A DNA stretch of 26,217 bases from an uncultured Legionella sp. (GTDB lineage: Bacteria > Pseudomonadota > Gammaproteobacteria > Legionellales > Legionellaceae): positions 1-26,217 of the forward strand of contig CAZZGV010000001.1 of NCBI GenBank assembly GCA_964654255.1, read 5' to 3'. Below are positions 9,033 to 21,765 of the stretch, piece by piece. Position numbers and translations under genes: made by a program. Every line of letters starts with the position of its first letter. Position 1 is the stretch's first letter. The notes below the pieces were generated by a model, which saw only the letters and a program-made list of their open reading frames with translations, made no database searches and was not told where the DNA came from.

Positions 9033-11396
9033 ATGCCAATAAATACGCTTTTTTTAGCTGAATTAGACCGTACTCGTAGTACTGCTGAGTGCAAGGCAGC
9101 AAATGTCGAGACACTTGATAAGTTAATAAAGATTTCATTAGACCGAGATGCTCATTTTACCAAGACAGCGGATGAAGCTCAATCTGGAGTGTTTTCTTCG
9201 GAGTTGTTTAATGAAAAACCTGGCGATGAATATGAGCATAACGATAACATCCTGCCTGTCTTTATAAGCGAAACAGACCAACGACTATCAGATCAACAAT
9301 TAGAGGCAGATAGATTAGAATTAAAACGTAAAGCGGCTGAAATACGCATTATTGTTGGTTTGCCGGAACACCTGATTGAGTTGAAGGAGATGTTTAGCAA
9401 AACTGACAATAATGAATTGCGAGAATGGATAGCATCAAAGCCCGAGTATTTTGGCAAGCATGAGTGGAAAAAAGAGCCATATCTCCTAGATGATAATGGC
9501 CTGGACTATGTCCGAAAGCAGGTAGCAGAAAAAGCTTCTTTGCAATTAATAACGAAGTTGGAAGCGGCAGAGCAAGCGTTAGCTTCACTGCGTGATATAG
9601 AGCTTGCGTCTAACAATATAGCTAGCGTCATACAAAAAATTCAACTTATCAGTGGGTCAGAGCAAGCGCTGCACCAAGAGATACCTGAGCATCAAGAGAT
9701 GTTGAGTGAGGAGTGTCGCGGTTTATTGCAACACTCCCTTCAATCCCTCACGGAAAATTTTTCTAATCTTAAAGCGGGAATAAGAGAAAAATCAATTAAC
9801 TTTATTGATACACAGCATGCGCTTCAAGAGGCGGAACAGACTAATGTTGCTACAGATAGCGCAGATGCAATTCAATTAGCATTGCAGGCGACAAAAGTAA
9901 GACTTGAAGCTGCAGAATTTGCTCTTGTCTTAGCTGGTTTAACCAGGGGAGAAGAGATTGAAGCTGAGGCCGATGAGGATGGGCACGAGCTGTTAGCTGA
10001 TGCTGCACGACCTGCAGCGCCTGTCGATCAGGATGATGATGGTCTTGATCTTTGTCGTGAACAAAAAAATAATATAGAAAGAGCGTTAATCAAGTTAACT
10101 ATTCATCATAATGCTACGTTTATTAACGAAAAAGCAGCTTTTATTGCACAAAAATTAACTGAAATTAGTCAAGTGAATGTTCCGGAACCTATTGTTGTTC
10201 CTGTGCTCAATGGTGATGTGCCTGCAGTTGAGGTGGAAAGAAATAGAAGAATACGTGAGATTGAGGAAGCAAGAACTAGGATATTAACATTACAAGGTGA
10301 TGCAGAGGCAGCTTATGCTTTAATCTTAGATAAGGCTACAGAAAACGCTCTAAAAATTGAAGAGGCTACAGCTGGCACATTATCTACTGATGCAGATAAA
10401 ACTAGTTTTGCAGTTCTTAATCCAGCAGTGCAACAGGCGCTTGCTACTGCCAAAAATCATTTAGAAGACATTAGATTGTTGGTTACTGTACCGGATGTGC
10501 CAAACGATTTTGGAAATACGTTTTTAGAGAAGGATAGTTTCTTAGATAATGATTATTTTACTACGCAAGTAGTTTTGCAAGGGCAAGCAGTTCCTGCTTT
10601 AGCTGCGAGGCCAGCGCCTGCAGACATGGCTGTAGAACAACAACATCTTCCTAATGGGGAAGCCTTACCAAATCCAAAATTTCAACGCTTAGATTTAAAA
10701 GCAGGTGATCTTATTTATTCTAGAGCAGAGTTTAGCAAGCCAGTTGTTAACGGTGTAAGGCCTGCTGAGAAGATAAAGGTACACATAACTCAAGATCATA
10801 CTGGTAAAGTAACTTACAAAGCATCAGAAGAACTATTAGATCCTGAGCAAAGGATCCTTGCTGCTCTTAAACAAGCTGAAATGTTATTGCATAACTTTGA
10901 TCCAGCGAAAGGTAATACCCTTGTTATCACTGGAGATGCGCGCTATAAATCACAGGCAACGGTTCTTTTTGCTGTTTTGTTGCGCTTGAAAGAAAATTGC
11001 CCTGCATTTAAAGACATTAACATTGTATCCAAGGTAGAGGGTTGTACAGGACCTGTACCGGCAACCTCACTGTTAAGATATTTCGCTCCTGAAACGCAGG
11101 AAGCTGCAAATAAACGATTTATCGCTGAGCACTTATCTAGTAACCCGCAGTCAGAAGGCAACATACACCGTTTAGAAGAGCAATTAAAGACATTCAGTGA
11201 GACAAAAAAAGTAAAAATAGAGGAGCTGAAAACGCTAAAACAAAGATTACGTGAGGGTCGATTAGCAGAGGATGGTCGCAGAATAGCGTTAACCCCAGAT
11301 GAGCGAGTTAATTTAGCAAGAGAGATAAAAGCGCTTGATTTGAATGACAATGAAGAAGTTGATATTCGTGGCGTTAGAACTACACTGAGAAGATAA
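9033..11396 (+). CDS. Large coiled-coil protein, candidate Dot/Icm-type effector
   Basis: 787 aa, rich in Glu/Ala/Leu with extended helical heptad-like segments, no signal peptide or housekeeping motif. AT-rich upstream region; C-terminus DNEEVDIRGVRTTLRR has an acidic block and Leu at -3. Confidence 0.6.
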   Translation: MPINTLFLAELDRTRSTAECKAANVETLDKLIKISLDRDAHFTKTADEAQSGVFSSELFNEKPGDEYEHNDNILPVFISETDQRLSDQQLEADRLELKRKAAEIRIIVGLPEHLIELKEMFSKTDNNELREWIASKPEYFGKHEWKKEPYLLDDNGLDYVRKQVAEKASLQLITKLEAAEQALASLRDIELASNNIASVIQKIQLISGSEQALHQEIPEHQEMLSEECRGLLQHSLQSLTENFSNLKAGIREKSINFIDTQHALQEAEQTNVATDSADAIQLALQATKVRLEAAEFALVLAGLTRGEEIEAEADEDGHELLADAARPAAPVDQDDDGLDLCREQKNNIERALIKLTIHHNATFINEKAAFIAQKLTEISQVNVPEPIVVPVLNGDVPAVEVERNRRIREIEEARTRILTLQGDAEAAYALILDKATENALKIEEATAGTLSTDADKTSFAVLNPAVQQALATAKNHLEDIRLLVTVPDVPNDFGNTFLEKDSFLDNDYFTTQVVLQGQAVPALAARPAPADMAVEQQHLPNGEALPNPKFQRLDLKAGDLIYSRAEFSKPVVNGVRPAEKIKVHITQDHTGKVTYKASEELLDPEQRILAALKQAEMLLHNFDPAKGNTLVITGDARYKSQATVLFAVLLRLKENCPAFKDINIVSKVEGCTGPVPATSLLRYFAPETQEAANKRFIAEHLSSNPQSEGNIHRLEEQLKTFSETKKVKIEELKTLKQRLREGRLAEDGRRIALTPDERVNLAREIKALDLNDNEEVDIRGVRTTLRR

Positions 11397-11413
11397 GATA
11401 GTAAAGGAATGCT

Positions 11414-12220
11414 ATGAATAAATCTCCGTTGGCTATTGGTGTTTTTGATTCAGGGATGGGTGGATTAACAGTATTGCGTGCTTTGCGGAAAAAACTACCG
11501 CAAGAGTCATTTATCTATCTAGGTGACATGGCTCGCCTACCTTATGGCACCAAAAGTCCTGCAACGGTCCAGCAGTATGCGGTACAAATGGCGCGTATTT
11601 TGATAGAGCGACGCATAAAGGCGTTGGTGATTGCTTGCAATACCGCAACTACGGCCGCTTTGCCGCACTTACAAGCCATGTTACCGGATATCCCGGTTGT
11701 AGGGGTGGTGTCTCCTGGTGCGCAAGCAGCTGTAGCTGCTACTAAAAATCAACGGATTGCGGTCTTGGCCACTGAAACCACCATAGCAGCCAATGCTTAT
11801 CAGCAATTAATCATCGCACAATGTCCAAATGTTGTTATTCATGCGCGTGCTTGTAGCTTGCTGGTAGCGTTGGCGGAAGAGGGCATGGTTGATAATGCTA
11901 TTGCTCGCTCCGCGTTAGAGCATTATCTTGTTGATATCCAGGATGAAGACACCGTGCTGTTGGGTTGTACGCATTTTCCTGTGTTTAAACCGTTATTAAG
12001 TACATTGTTACCTGCTGGTGTCAATGTCGTCGACTCAGCTGATTCAACGGCTATTGTGTTGCAACAGGTATTGGCGAAAGATGATTTGTTAAAATCTGGC
12101 AACTCGTTGGGAGAGGCCCATTATTTGGTTACTGACTCGATCGCACGATTTCAAAAAGTAGGAGAAATTTTTCTCGGTGATCGAGTATCAACGGAGGATG
12201 TTGAGTTAATTGATATCTAG
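11414..12220 (+). CDS. murI: Glutamate racemase
   Basis: IGVFDSGMGG, IACNTA and LGCTHFP catalytic Cys motifs. Confidence 0.95.
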   Translation: MNKSPLAIGVFDSGMGGLTVLRALRKKLPQESFIYLGDMARLPYGTKSPATVQQYAVQMARILIERRIKALVIACNTATTAALPHLQAMLPDIPVVGVVSPGAQAAVAATKNQRIAVLATETTIAANAYQQLIIAQCPNVVIHARACSLLVALAEEGMVDNAIARSALEHYLVDIQDEDTVLLGCTHFPVFKPLLSTLLPAGVNVVDSADSTAIVLQQVLAKDDLLKSGNSLGEAHYLVTDSIARFQKVGEIFLGDRVSTEDVELIDI

Positions 12221-12239
12221 ACTCCTTAATATTCTACAA

Positions 12240-13232
12240 TTACCCTTCTTCGCGTGCAGGGCGACTCATTAGGTTGATCACTGCTTGTTTCGCTGTGATA
12301 TTTCCTTGTAATAGTGCATTTACTTCCTCACAAATAGGCATTTCTACTTGGTACTGTTTGGCTATCGCACAAACCTGCGCGGCATTATGTTTGCCTTCAA
12401 CCACTTGCCCAATATGATATTCTGCTTCAATAAGACTAACCTCACGTCCAAGTTGCAAACCAAAACGGCGATTACGAGATTGATCATCCGTGCAGGTAAG
12501 CACAAGATCGCCAACGCCGGCTAAGCCTAGAAATGTTTCCTGTTTTGCGCCTAAACGTATCCCTAATCGACTCATTTCTGCTAAGCCTCGCGTGATTAGT
12601 GCTGCTTTTGCGTTAGAGCCATAGTGTAATCCGTCACTAATCCCACATGCGATTGCTAATACATTTTTAACTGCTCCACACAATTGGACCCCGGTCGTAT
12701 CATCAGTAATATACGCACGAATATTATCGTGATGAAAAATCGTGTGCATGGTTTCTAAGTAAGAGGGATTGTTGCCGGCCAAAACTAGCGCGGTTGGTAA
12801 AAAATGGGCAACTTCACGAGCAAATGAAGGCCCGGAAATAACAGTGATAGGGAATTTTTCACCCCATTTTGCAGCGACTAGCTGACTTAAAAGTAAATGA
12901 CTGTCAGGATCTACGCCTTTTGTTAACCAGGCTAACCCATGTGCAGGTTTTTGGAGTTGCGATAGTAGGCTAGCAAAGGCATGAGAAGGAACAGCAATAA
13001 TAGTATGTGCAGCGTGTGCTAGACATTTATTAAGGCTAGCCATAGGTACTAGCGTGGGTGGAAATATAATATCAGGCAAATAACGTTGATTGGTTCGCTC
13101 TTTAATCATGCTTGCGATATGCTCAGGGTTGTGCCCCCACAATAGAACATGATGTCCCTGCTTAGCTAAATGAATAGCTACAGCGGTTCCCCACGATCCG
13201 GCACCCAATACGGCAATGGTAGATGTTTTCAT
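12240..13232 (-). CDS. gpsA: NAD(P)H-dependent glycerol-3-phosphate dehydrogenase
   Basis: GAGSWG, GAVKN, GLAGVGDLVLTC...SRNRRFG; located downstream of secB. Confidence 0.95.
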   Translation of the reverse strand: MKTSTIAVLGAGSWGTAVAIHLAKQGHHVLLWGHNPEHIASMIKERTNQRYLPDIIFPPTLVPMASLNKCLAHAAHTIIAVPSHAFASLLSQLQKPAHGLAWLTKGVDPDSHLLLSQLVAAKWGEKFPITVISGPSFAREVAHFLPTALVLAGNNPSYLETMHTIFHHDNIRAYITDDTTGVQLCGAVKNVLAIACGISDGLHYGSNAKAALITRGLAEMSRLGIRLGAKQETFLGLAGVGDLVLTCTDDQSRNRRFGLQLGREVSLIEAEYHIGQVVEGKHNAAQVCAIAKQYQVEMPICEEVNALLQGNITAKQAVINLMSRPAREEG

Positions 13233-13332
13233 GGTTTCATCAATCTCAAAAATAAACAGTATACCTTGGAGTTAATAAGGGTGATAGCAGGGTAACCGTA
13301 TCTAAACGATCATATTTAAGCCAATATGTGGC

Positions 13333-13366
13333 GCTTTGCCTGCTTAATACTAAAGCAAGGCAAAGC
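13333..13366. other. Stem-loop in the secB-gpsA intergenic region
   Basis: GCTTTGCC-TGCTT-loop-AAGCA-A-GGCAAAGC: 8+5 bp with one bulge. No U-tract on the transcribed (minus) strand, so not clearly a terminator. Confidence 0.4.
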
Positions 13367-13376
13367 TATGGGGGGA

Positions 13377-13865
13377 TTAATGCGCTTTTTCAGGTTCTTG
13401 AGTAGCGCTAGCTTTTTGTTTTTCTTCAAGCTGCTGCATGTAAAGAGCGTCAAAATTAATGGGCGCTAATACCAATTGTGGGAAACTACCACGAATCACT
13501 TCAGTTGTTATTGCTTCACGTGCATAGGGGAATAATATGCTTGGGCAGAAACTACCTAATAAATGATCCAGTTGTTGTGGAATGGAACCTTGAATAGTGA
13601 AAATACCAGCTTGCTTAACTTCAACCAAAAACGCCGTTGTATTTTGGTTTTTTACAGTTGCTGTCACACTCAATACAACTTCATAGGTAGTTTCGTCTAG
13701 CTGTATATGTTGAGTATTAATATCTAGTGACAATTCTGGTTCCCAGCGTTGTTGAAATACCGCTGGTGTATTGGTGGTTTCAAACGAAAATTCTTTGACA
13801 TAGATACGCTGAATCATAAATTGTGTTTCAGCGATTTGTTGTTCTGTGTTTGCTTGATCAGTCAT
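13377..13865 (-). CDS. secB: Protein-export chaperone SecB
   Basis: IQRIYVKEFSFE, CPSILFPYARE, FPQLVLAPINFDALY. Likely start ATG 13865; the track uses GTG 13880. Confidence 0.95.
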   Translation of the reverse strand: MTDQANTEQQIAETQFMIQRIYVKEFSFETTNTPAVFQQRWEPELSLDINTQHIQLDETTYEVVLSVTATVKNQNTTAFLVEVKQAGIFTIQGSIPQQLDHLLGSFCPSILFPYAREAITTEVIRGSFPQLVLAPINFDALYMQQLEEKQKASATQEPEKAH

Positions 13866-13892
13866 GTTATCGATATCCACATTAAGTTATTA

Positions 13893-14315
13893 TTATTTTC
13901 CTTTAACCAATGGCAAATTGGCTGCTTGCCATGCAGTAATGCCACCAGCCAATACCATTGGTTGAGCAAAGCCTTGTGCACGTAATTTAGTTGCCATTGC
14001 TATTGATTGTAAACCGCGAGGGCAAACAAGAATCAGAGGTTTTGTTTTGTATTTTTCCATGCGCTTTTGGCCGAAATCATCGCTTGGAGTACAAATGGCG
14101 CCTATAATATGGCCTGCACGAAATAGCTCAGGATCTCGCAAATCGATCACAACAGCGTCCTCATGATTGATCATATTGACGGCTGCAGCAGGAGATAGCT
14201 CTTTTGCACGTTTCTTTTGAGCGAGAAATTCATTAATAAAAATAGCTACAAGTATGGCAACTAATGCCAACCAAAGTGCCCAGTGATTTGTTATAAATTG
14301 TTGCAACTGTCCCAT
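13893..14315 (-). CDS. yibN: YibN-like rhodanese with N-terminal TM helix
   Basis: N-terminal TM helix (NHWALWLALVAILVAIFI), IDLRDP...FRAGHI, CPRG active loop, LAGGITAW. AGGTG RBS before ATG 14315; upstream of secB as in the canonical cluster. Confidence 0.75.
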   Translation of the reverse strand: MGQLQQFITNHWALWLALVAILVAIFINEFLAQKKRAKELSPAAAVNMINHEDAVVIDLRDPELFRAGHIIGAICTPSDDFGQKRMEKYKTKPLILVCPRGLQSIAMATKLRAQGFAQPMVLAGGITAWQAANLPLVKGK

Positions 14316-14332
14316 AAAACACCTAATGTTGG

Positions 14333-14376
14333 GTGACAAACTGCCGAATTATCGCCAGTTTGTCACGGCAACGCAA
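14333..14376 (-). promoter_or_regulatory. Sigma70-like promoter of yibN-secB overlapped by an 11-bp inverted repeat
   Basis: Minus strand TTGCGT (14376-14371), 17 nt, GATAAT (14353-14348). GTGACAAACTG-N12-CAGTTTGTCAC spans 14333-14366. Confidence 0.5.
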
Positions 14377-14414
14377 GCCATTTTTCGGGGTATAAAGTAG
14401 ACGAGACTGATAAG

Positions 14415-14750
14415 TTAAGATTTTTTAACAGGGTAGCCAGACCTTTCCCATTCAGCAATTCCGCCTTCAACCGAGTAAACTTCTTTGTAGCCTAAATCAA
14501 GTAAACAGTTTGCAGCATGTAAAGAGCGTACCCCGCCTCGGCAGTGTAAATAAATAGGGCGGTCATGTTCTGGAACGTTTGCGGCTATTTTGTTTGTTAT
14601 TTGGTCTTTAGGGATATGCAACGCGCCTTCAATATGCTGCTCTTCCCATTCATTATCTTCGCGGACATCAATGATGCAAAGATTAGGGGTGGCATCAAGG
14701 CGTTTTTTTAATTCATGAACAGTAATCGTATTAATTTTATGATCAGTCAT
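14415..14750 (-). CDS. Single-domain rhodanese / sulfurtransferase
   Basis: IDVREDNEW...HIEGA, CRGGVRS active site, SVEGGIAEW. Confidence 0.9.
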   Translation of the reverse strand: MTDHKINTITVHELKKRLDATPNLCIIDVREDNEWEEQHIEGALHIPKDQITNKIAANVPEHDRPIYLHCRGGVRSLHAANCLLDLGYKEVYSVEGGIAEWERSGYPVKKS

Positions 14751-15018
14751 AGCGATTCTCTCTAATGGATGGTCGGGTTAATGTTGAATGATGGATAAAC
14801 CAATAAATGGTGGCAGTAATGACACCGCCAATCAGTGTTGCAAATGCCCAGGTTCCTGCGGAAACTAATGCAGGGCGTTGTCCTAGTTTGTATAAGCTAC
14901 CAGCATCACGTGCTACAGCACCTGCGAAAATAACATGAAGAATGGCATTGATAAGCAATAAAAGATAATAAAATGTTTTAATTTGATTGCCATATTGTTG
15001 GGCTAATTCGGCTAGCAT
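14743..15018 (-). CDS. Small hypothetical membrane protein (2 TM helices)
   Basis: 91 aa with two hydrophobic segments (the second WAFATLIGGVITATIYW); 8-nt overlap with the rhodanese start. Confidence 0.7.
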   Translation of the reverse strand: MLAELAQQYGNQIKTFYYLLLLINAILHVIFAGAVARDAGSLYKLGQRPALVSAGTWAFATLIGGVITATIYWFIHHSTLTRPSIRENRYD

Positions 15019-15107
15019 TGACCTACATCCTTACGTAATGATAATCCCATTTTAACGGCTTTCATTCTCACGCGCATTTGGGTTAACATCGGGGAAGCGT
15101 TTATTTT

Positions 15108-16418
15108 ATGAGTAGCAACATGCAATCGATTGATGTCCCAGTTCCTCATCTGACTACAGCACACGCCGGCCCTTTGCACTATGTTGAAGAAATTATTTTA
15201 AATCAAGTCGCGACTATTGAAGCATGGTTTCGTCAGCGTTGGCAAGAAACACCGCCACCAATTACATCATCTGTTGATTTGCGGCATGCGGGGTTTAAGC
15301 TAGCGCCAGTAGATACGAATTTATTTCCGGCAGGATTTAACAACCTTAACCGTGATTTTTTCCCATTATGTATTCAAGCTGCGCAATCAGTGCTTGTGGA
15401 TAGTTTTCCGACGTGTCTTAAAATATTAATCATTCCAGAAAATCACACTCGTAATCATTTTTATTTACAAAGCTTAAGTGTTTTGCGTGATATTTTTGCC
15501 AAGGCGGGTTTTATTGTTCGAATTGGTAGTGTCGATCCTGATGTTACCGACCCCATTGAAGCTATTATGGATAATGGTGATCGCCTGCTCATTGAACCTG
15601 TGCAGCGCATAAAGTCGCGCTTGGGGTTGCCTGATTTTAATCCTTGCTTATTGCTGTTAAATAATGATTTGTCGACGGGTGTGCCTGATATATTGCAGGG
15701 GTTGCAACAGCATATTCAACCTAATACTCAATTGGGCTGGGCGTCTCGCTTAAAGTCAACGCATTTTAAATTTTTTGCCGACGTAGCAACAGAATTTGCT
15801 GCGTTAGTTAACATGGATCCGTGGTTGGTTAATCCGATGTTTAGCGCTGTTGATGGTGTTGATTTTATGGCTCAGGAAGGCGTTGATACATTAGCCAAAG
15901 AGGCGGATAAATTATTAACTGCCATACGAGAAAAATACGTTACGTATGAGATAAAAGAAACGCCATTTGTTGCTATTAAAGCGGATAATGGAACGTATGG
16001 AATGAGTGTTATGATGGTGCAAGACGGTGAGCAATTATTAAAGCTTAACCGTAAACAGCGCACGCGCATGTCGGCGATTAAAGGCAGCCAAAAAGTAAGT
16101 CGGGTTATGTTGCAAGAAGGGGTGCATAGTTTTGAAACCATGCCTGATGGAGCTGTAGCTGAGCCGGTTGTCTATATGATTGGGCAGTTTGTCGTTGGTG
16201 GTTTTTATCGAGTGCATCAAGGCCGTGGCAAGGACGATAACTTGAATGCACCTGGCATGCATTTTGAGCCTTTGGCGTTTGCTCATGCTTGCAATGTGCC
16301 ATGCAAGGATTTGGATGTAGTTGATTCACCTAATCGTTTTTATGCATATGGTGTTATCGCCCGTTTGGCAGCACTAGCGGCCGCGCGTGAGGCTGCGGCA
16401 ATCGGAGAGCAGCGATGA
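15108..16418 (+). CDS. gshA: Glutamate--cysteine ligase (ATP-grasp GshA type)
   Basis: SVDLRHAGFKLAPVDTNLFPAGFNNL, PENHTRN, KADNGTYGMSV, AEPVVYMIG; ATGA-coupled to gshB. Confidence 0.92.
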   Translation: MSSNMQSIDVPVPHLTTAHAGPLHYVEEIILNQVATIEAWFRQRWQETPPPITSSVDLRHAGFKLAPVDTNLFPAGFNNLNRDFFPLCIQAAQSVLVDSFPTCLKILIIPENHTRNHFYLQSLSVLRDIFAKAGFIVRIGSVDPDVTDPIEAIMDNGDRLLIEPVQRIKSRLGLPDFNPCLLLLNNDLSTGVPDILQGLQQHIQPNTQLGWASRLKSTHFKFFADVATEFAALVNMDPWLVNPMFSAVDGVDFMAQEGVDTLAKEADKLLTAIREKYVTYEIKETPFVAIKADNGTYGMSVMMVQDGEQLLKLNRKQRTRMSAIKGSQKVSRVMLQEGVHSFETMPDGAVAEPVVYMIGQFVVGGFYRVHQGRGKDDNLNAPGMHFEPLAFAHACNVPCKDLDVVDSPNRFYAYGVIARLAALAAAREAAAIGEQR

Positions 16419-17374
16419 AAATAGCTATTCTTATGGATCCGTTGTCAGCATTAACGCCTTACAAGGACTCCACTGTAGCCATGATAAAACGTGCCAACCA
16501 GTTGGGGTGGCCTTGTTTTTACTTTACTCAATCTGATTTGTATTGTAGGCAAGGGCATGCGTACGCTAATGTTTCGTGTGTGGTGGTGCGTGATGAAACG
16601 CGTGCTGATTGGGCGGATGTGGCGTTTGTTGGTGAGCAACCGTTAACGGCATTTGATGTTATTTTAATGCGCAAAGATCCGCCGTTTGATATGGAATATA
16701 TCTATGCAACGTATGCGTTGGAACTCGTAGAAAAAGAGGGGGTGTTGGTTGCCAATAAACCACAAAGTTTACGTGATGCCAATGAAAAGTTTTTTACGTT
16801 AAATTTTCCACAATGTTGTCCACCAACATTGGTTAGCCGTGATATTGCTCGTTTACGTGAATTTTGGAAAGAACACCGGAATGTTATTTTTAAACCCTTA
16901 GAAGGAATGGGAGGGCGTGCGGTTTTTCATGTCAATGACGATGCTCGTAACTTATCCGTTATTTTAGAAGTATTAACTCATGGACAGTGTGTAAGTGTTA
17001 TGGCGCAAAAATATATCCCTGAAATTAGTAGTTTGGGGGATAAACGAATTTTACTCATCAATGGGGAGCCTGTGCCATTCGCATTAGCGCGCATTCCTCA
17101 TCCAGGTGAGTTGCGCGGTAATTTAGCTGCTGGGGCCATGGGTAAGGTTGTTCCGATCACAGATAGAGATCGTTGGCTTTGCGCAGAAATTGCACCTACC
17201 TTACGAGCAAAAGGGTTGTATTTTGTAGGTATTGATGTGATTGGTGATTATTTAACGGAGATCAATGTAACAAGTCCTACGTGTATCCGTGAAATAGCTT
17301 CTGAAACAGGCTTAGATATAGCTGGTGATTATTTACGTTGTTTGGCTGATATTTGTAAGGCTAACACCCGCTAA
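16415..17374 (+). CDS. gshB: Glutathione synthetase
   Basis: MDP...[33 protein letters not shown]...TEINVTSPT. Confidence 0.95.
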   Translation: MKIAILMDPLSALTPYKDSTVAMIKRANQLGWPCFYFTQSDLYCRQGHAYANVSCVVVRDETRADWADVAFVGEQPLTAFDVILMRKDPPFDMEYIYATYALELVEKEGVLVANKPQSLRDANEKFFTLNFPQCCPPTLVSRDIARLREFWKEHRNVIFKPLEGMGGRAVFHVNDDARNLSVILEVLTHGQCVSVMAQKYIPEISSLGDKRILLINGEPVPFALARIPHPGELRGNLAAGAMGKVVPITDRDRWLCAEIAPTLRAKGLYFVGIDVIGDYLTEINVTSPTCIREIASETGLDIAGDYLRCLADICKANTR

Positions 17375-17813
17375 ACCCTAATTGCCGCCAAGCTTCAAAT
17401 AAGATAATAGCGACTGAATTAGATAAATTAAGACTGCGGCTTGTTGCTAACATAGGAATTCGAATCGGATGGTAGCGCTCACGCATTTCAACCGGGAGGC
17501 CGCGTGTTTCTGCGCCAAATAATAACATATCCTCATCTTTAAACGTAACATCGCTATATGCGTTTGTTGTTTTCGTGGTACAGGCAAAAATTCGTCGTGC
17601 ATGGTTTTTTTCGATAAATTCCTCATCATCTTTATAATGAATAATGCTTGCCCATTCATGATAATCAAGACCAGCTCGCATCATGCGCTTGTCATCCAAT
17701 GCAAAACCAAGTGGATGAATTAAATGCAGTCGTGCGCCGCTATTGGCGCACAAGCGAATAATATTCCCCGTATTCGGGGGAATTTCAGGCTGATGGAGGG
17801 CGATGTGTAGCAT
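17361..17813 (-). CDS. trmL: tRNA (cytidine/uridine-34 2'-O)-methyltransferase
   Basis: [37 protein letters not shown] motifs. Confidence 0.93.
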   Translation of the reverse strand: MLHIALHQPEIPPNTGNIIRLCANSGARLHLIHPLGFALDDKRMMRAGLDYHEWASIIHYKDDEEFIEKNHARRIFACTTKTTNAYSDVTFKDEDMLLFGAETRGLPVEMRERYHPIRIPMLATSRSLNLSNSVAIILFEAWRQLGFSGC

Positions 17814-18597
17814 TTTGCGACGTGGTAAGAGGGAATTTTAAAGGAGGTGCAGTACGTTCCGGTGTTGCAGAGAGAACGCTGTCATCATCTTCATCACCGA
17901 CATACAATGAACCATTGTCTTGTTGTTCACCCGTAATTAAATAATTACGGTGTTGTAAGTAAGCATCACGAATAAATGCGTATTTATCGAATGATTCATT
18001 GATCAGACGGTCAGTTTCAAGCATTTGTGAACGTATATCGATATAGCGTAAACCTAATAATCCATACAGCACATAATTAGAGTGTATATAGGGGTATGGG
18101 GTAAATAATGCGTAATCAAACATCATTGCCATACCGTCACGAATTGTACTTGGCCCTAAAAGAGGGATTACAAAATAAGGTGATTTTTTATCGCCCCATT
18201 TAGCAAACGTTAATCCTAGATCATTGCTGTGTGGTGGCAAGCTAAACGTGCTTGCAACATCAAAAAGACCGCCAAGACCCATCGTAGAGTTTGCAATGAA
18301 CCGCCAGGTGTCTTTGATGGCATAATTCCATTCAGCTTGTAGTAAATCGTTTGCTACAGTAGGTAACATGTTCACGTTATTATAGGCATTATTAATGCCA
18401 GCACGGACAATAGAGGGGATGACTGTTTTGTAAGCAACAGCGGGTGGTCTTAGTATATAGCGATCAAATACCATATTGAATGCATGAAATTTACGATTAA
18501 TCGGTTCTAAAGGGTCATCAGGATTGGTGCCTTTAGACATGCAGCTGGATAAAAGAAAACCACTTGTTAAAACAGCAAACATTAAGGTTAAACGCAT
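17785..18597 (-). CDS. mlaA: MlaA/VacJ outer-membrane lipoprotein
   Basis: Lipobox [37 protein letters not shown]; the 3' end overlaps the trmL start by 29 nt. Confidence 0.9.
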   Translation of the reverse strand: MRLTLMFAVLTSGFLLSSCMSKGTNPDDPLEPINRKFHAFNMVFDRYILRPPAVAYKTVIPSIVRAGINNAYNNVNMLPTVANDLLQAEWNYAIKDTWRFIANSTMGLGGLFDVASTFSLPPHSNDLGLTFAKWGDKKSPYFVIPLLGPSTIRDGMAMMFDYALFTPYPYIHSNYVLYGLLGLRYIDIRSQMLETDRLINESFDKYAFIRDAYLQHRNYLITGEQQDNGSLYVGDEDDDSVLSATPERTAPPLKFPLTTSQNATHRPPSA

Positions 18598-18888
18598 ATA
18601 TCGCTTTGTTTTTTAAATTTAAATCCTATGGTACACGAGATTGTTTAGCTTGCAAACTCAATGACTTGGCTTTGTTTGTTAAATTATAACATCATTGTAG
18701 TTGAACGTTTCAAAGGGCTGACTGCTATCATTGGTTATTTGTTAGACTCTCGTCATAAAGGCTTTTTTAATGAATGTGCGATAGGGGGCATGTATTTTTG
18801 GCTATTATTGAGTATAGTTCAACAACTTTCGCGCAACGGAATGTGATTCAATGTAATGGTCCTGACGATGAAATGTGTATGGTCTGTT

Positions 18889-18962
18889 TGTGATCACTAT
18901 GTAGTCATAGTGATGATTTTGTTGATCTAAAGCGGTGTTTTTGTATATAATGTGATCACTAT
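18889..18962 (+). promoter_or_regulatory. Sigma70-like promoter of the 879-aa gene flanked by a 12-bp direct repeat
   Basis: TTGATC (18922-18927), 18 nt, TATAAT (18946-18951). TGTGATCACTAT occurs at 18889-18900 and 18951-18962. Confidence 0.5.
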
Positions 18963-18983
18963 TATCGTTTTTTGTGAGTTATT

Positions 18984-21623
<2,640 letters not shown>

Positions 21624-21726
21624 TTTATTTAATGCGTATTATGTTTAACTCGGCGTTAGCTAATGTTTAAAAATAGCCGCGATGGGTTGTTCGGCGTTTT
21701 TATAAAAATGGCTGACGTCTAAAATC

Positions 21727-21765
21727 AGAAGAACAATAAACCTTATGGTTATTCATTGTTCTTCT
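21727..21765. terminator. Stem-loop downstream of the 879-aa gene, possible terminator
   Basis: AGAAGAACAAT (21727-21737) pairs with ATTGTTCTTCT (21755-21765), with inner AACC/GGTT pairing. About 100 nt after the stop; the stem is AT-rich and the following tract is only pyrimidine-rich. Confidence 0.4.

Noticed and set aside
10002..10619. AARPA motif occurring twice, exactly 200 codons apart, in the 787-aa protein
   Set aside because: The flanking sequences do not align in register, so there is no support for a 200-aa repeat.
18661..18846. 61-aa plus-strand ORF in the mlaA/effector intergenic region
   Set aside because: No RBS or motifs, and it lies in a divergent promoter region.
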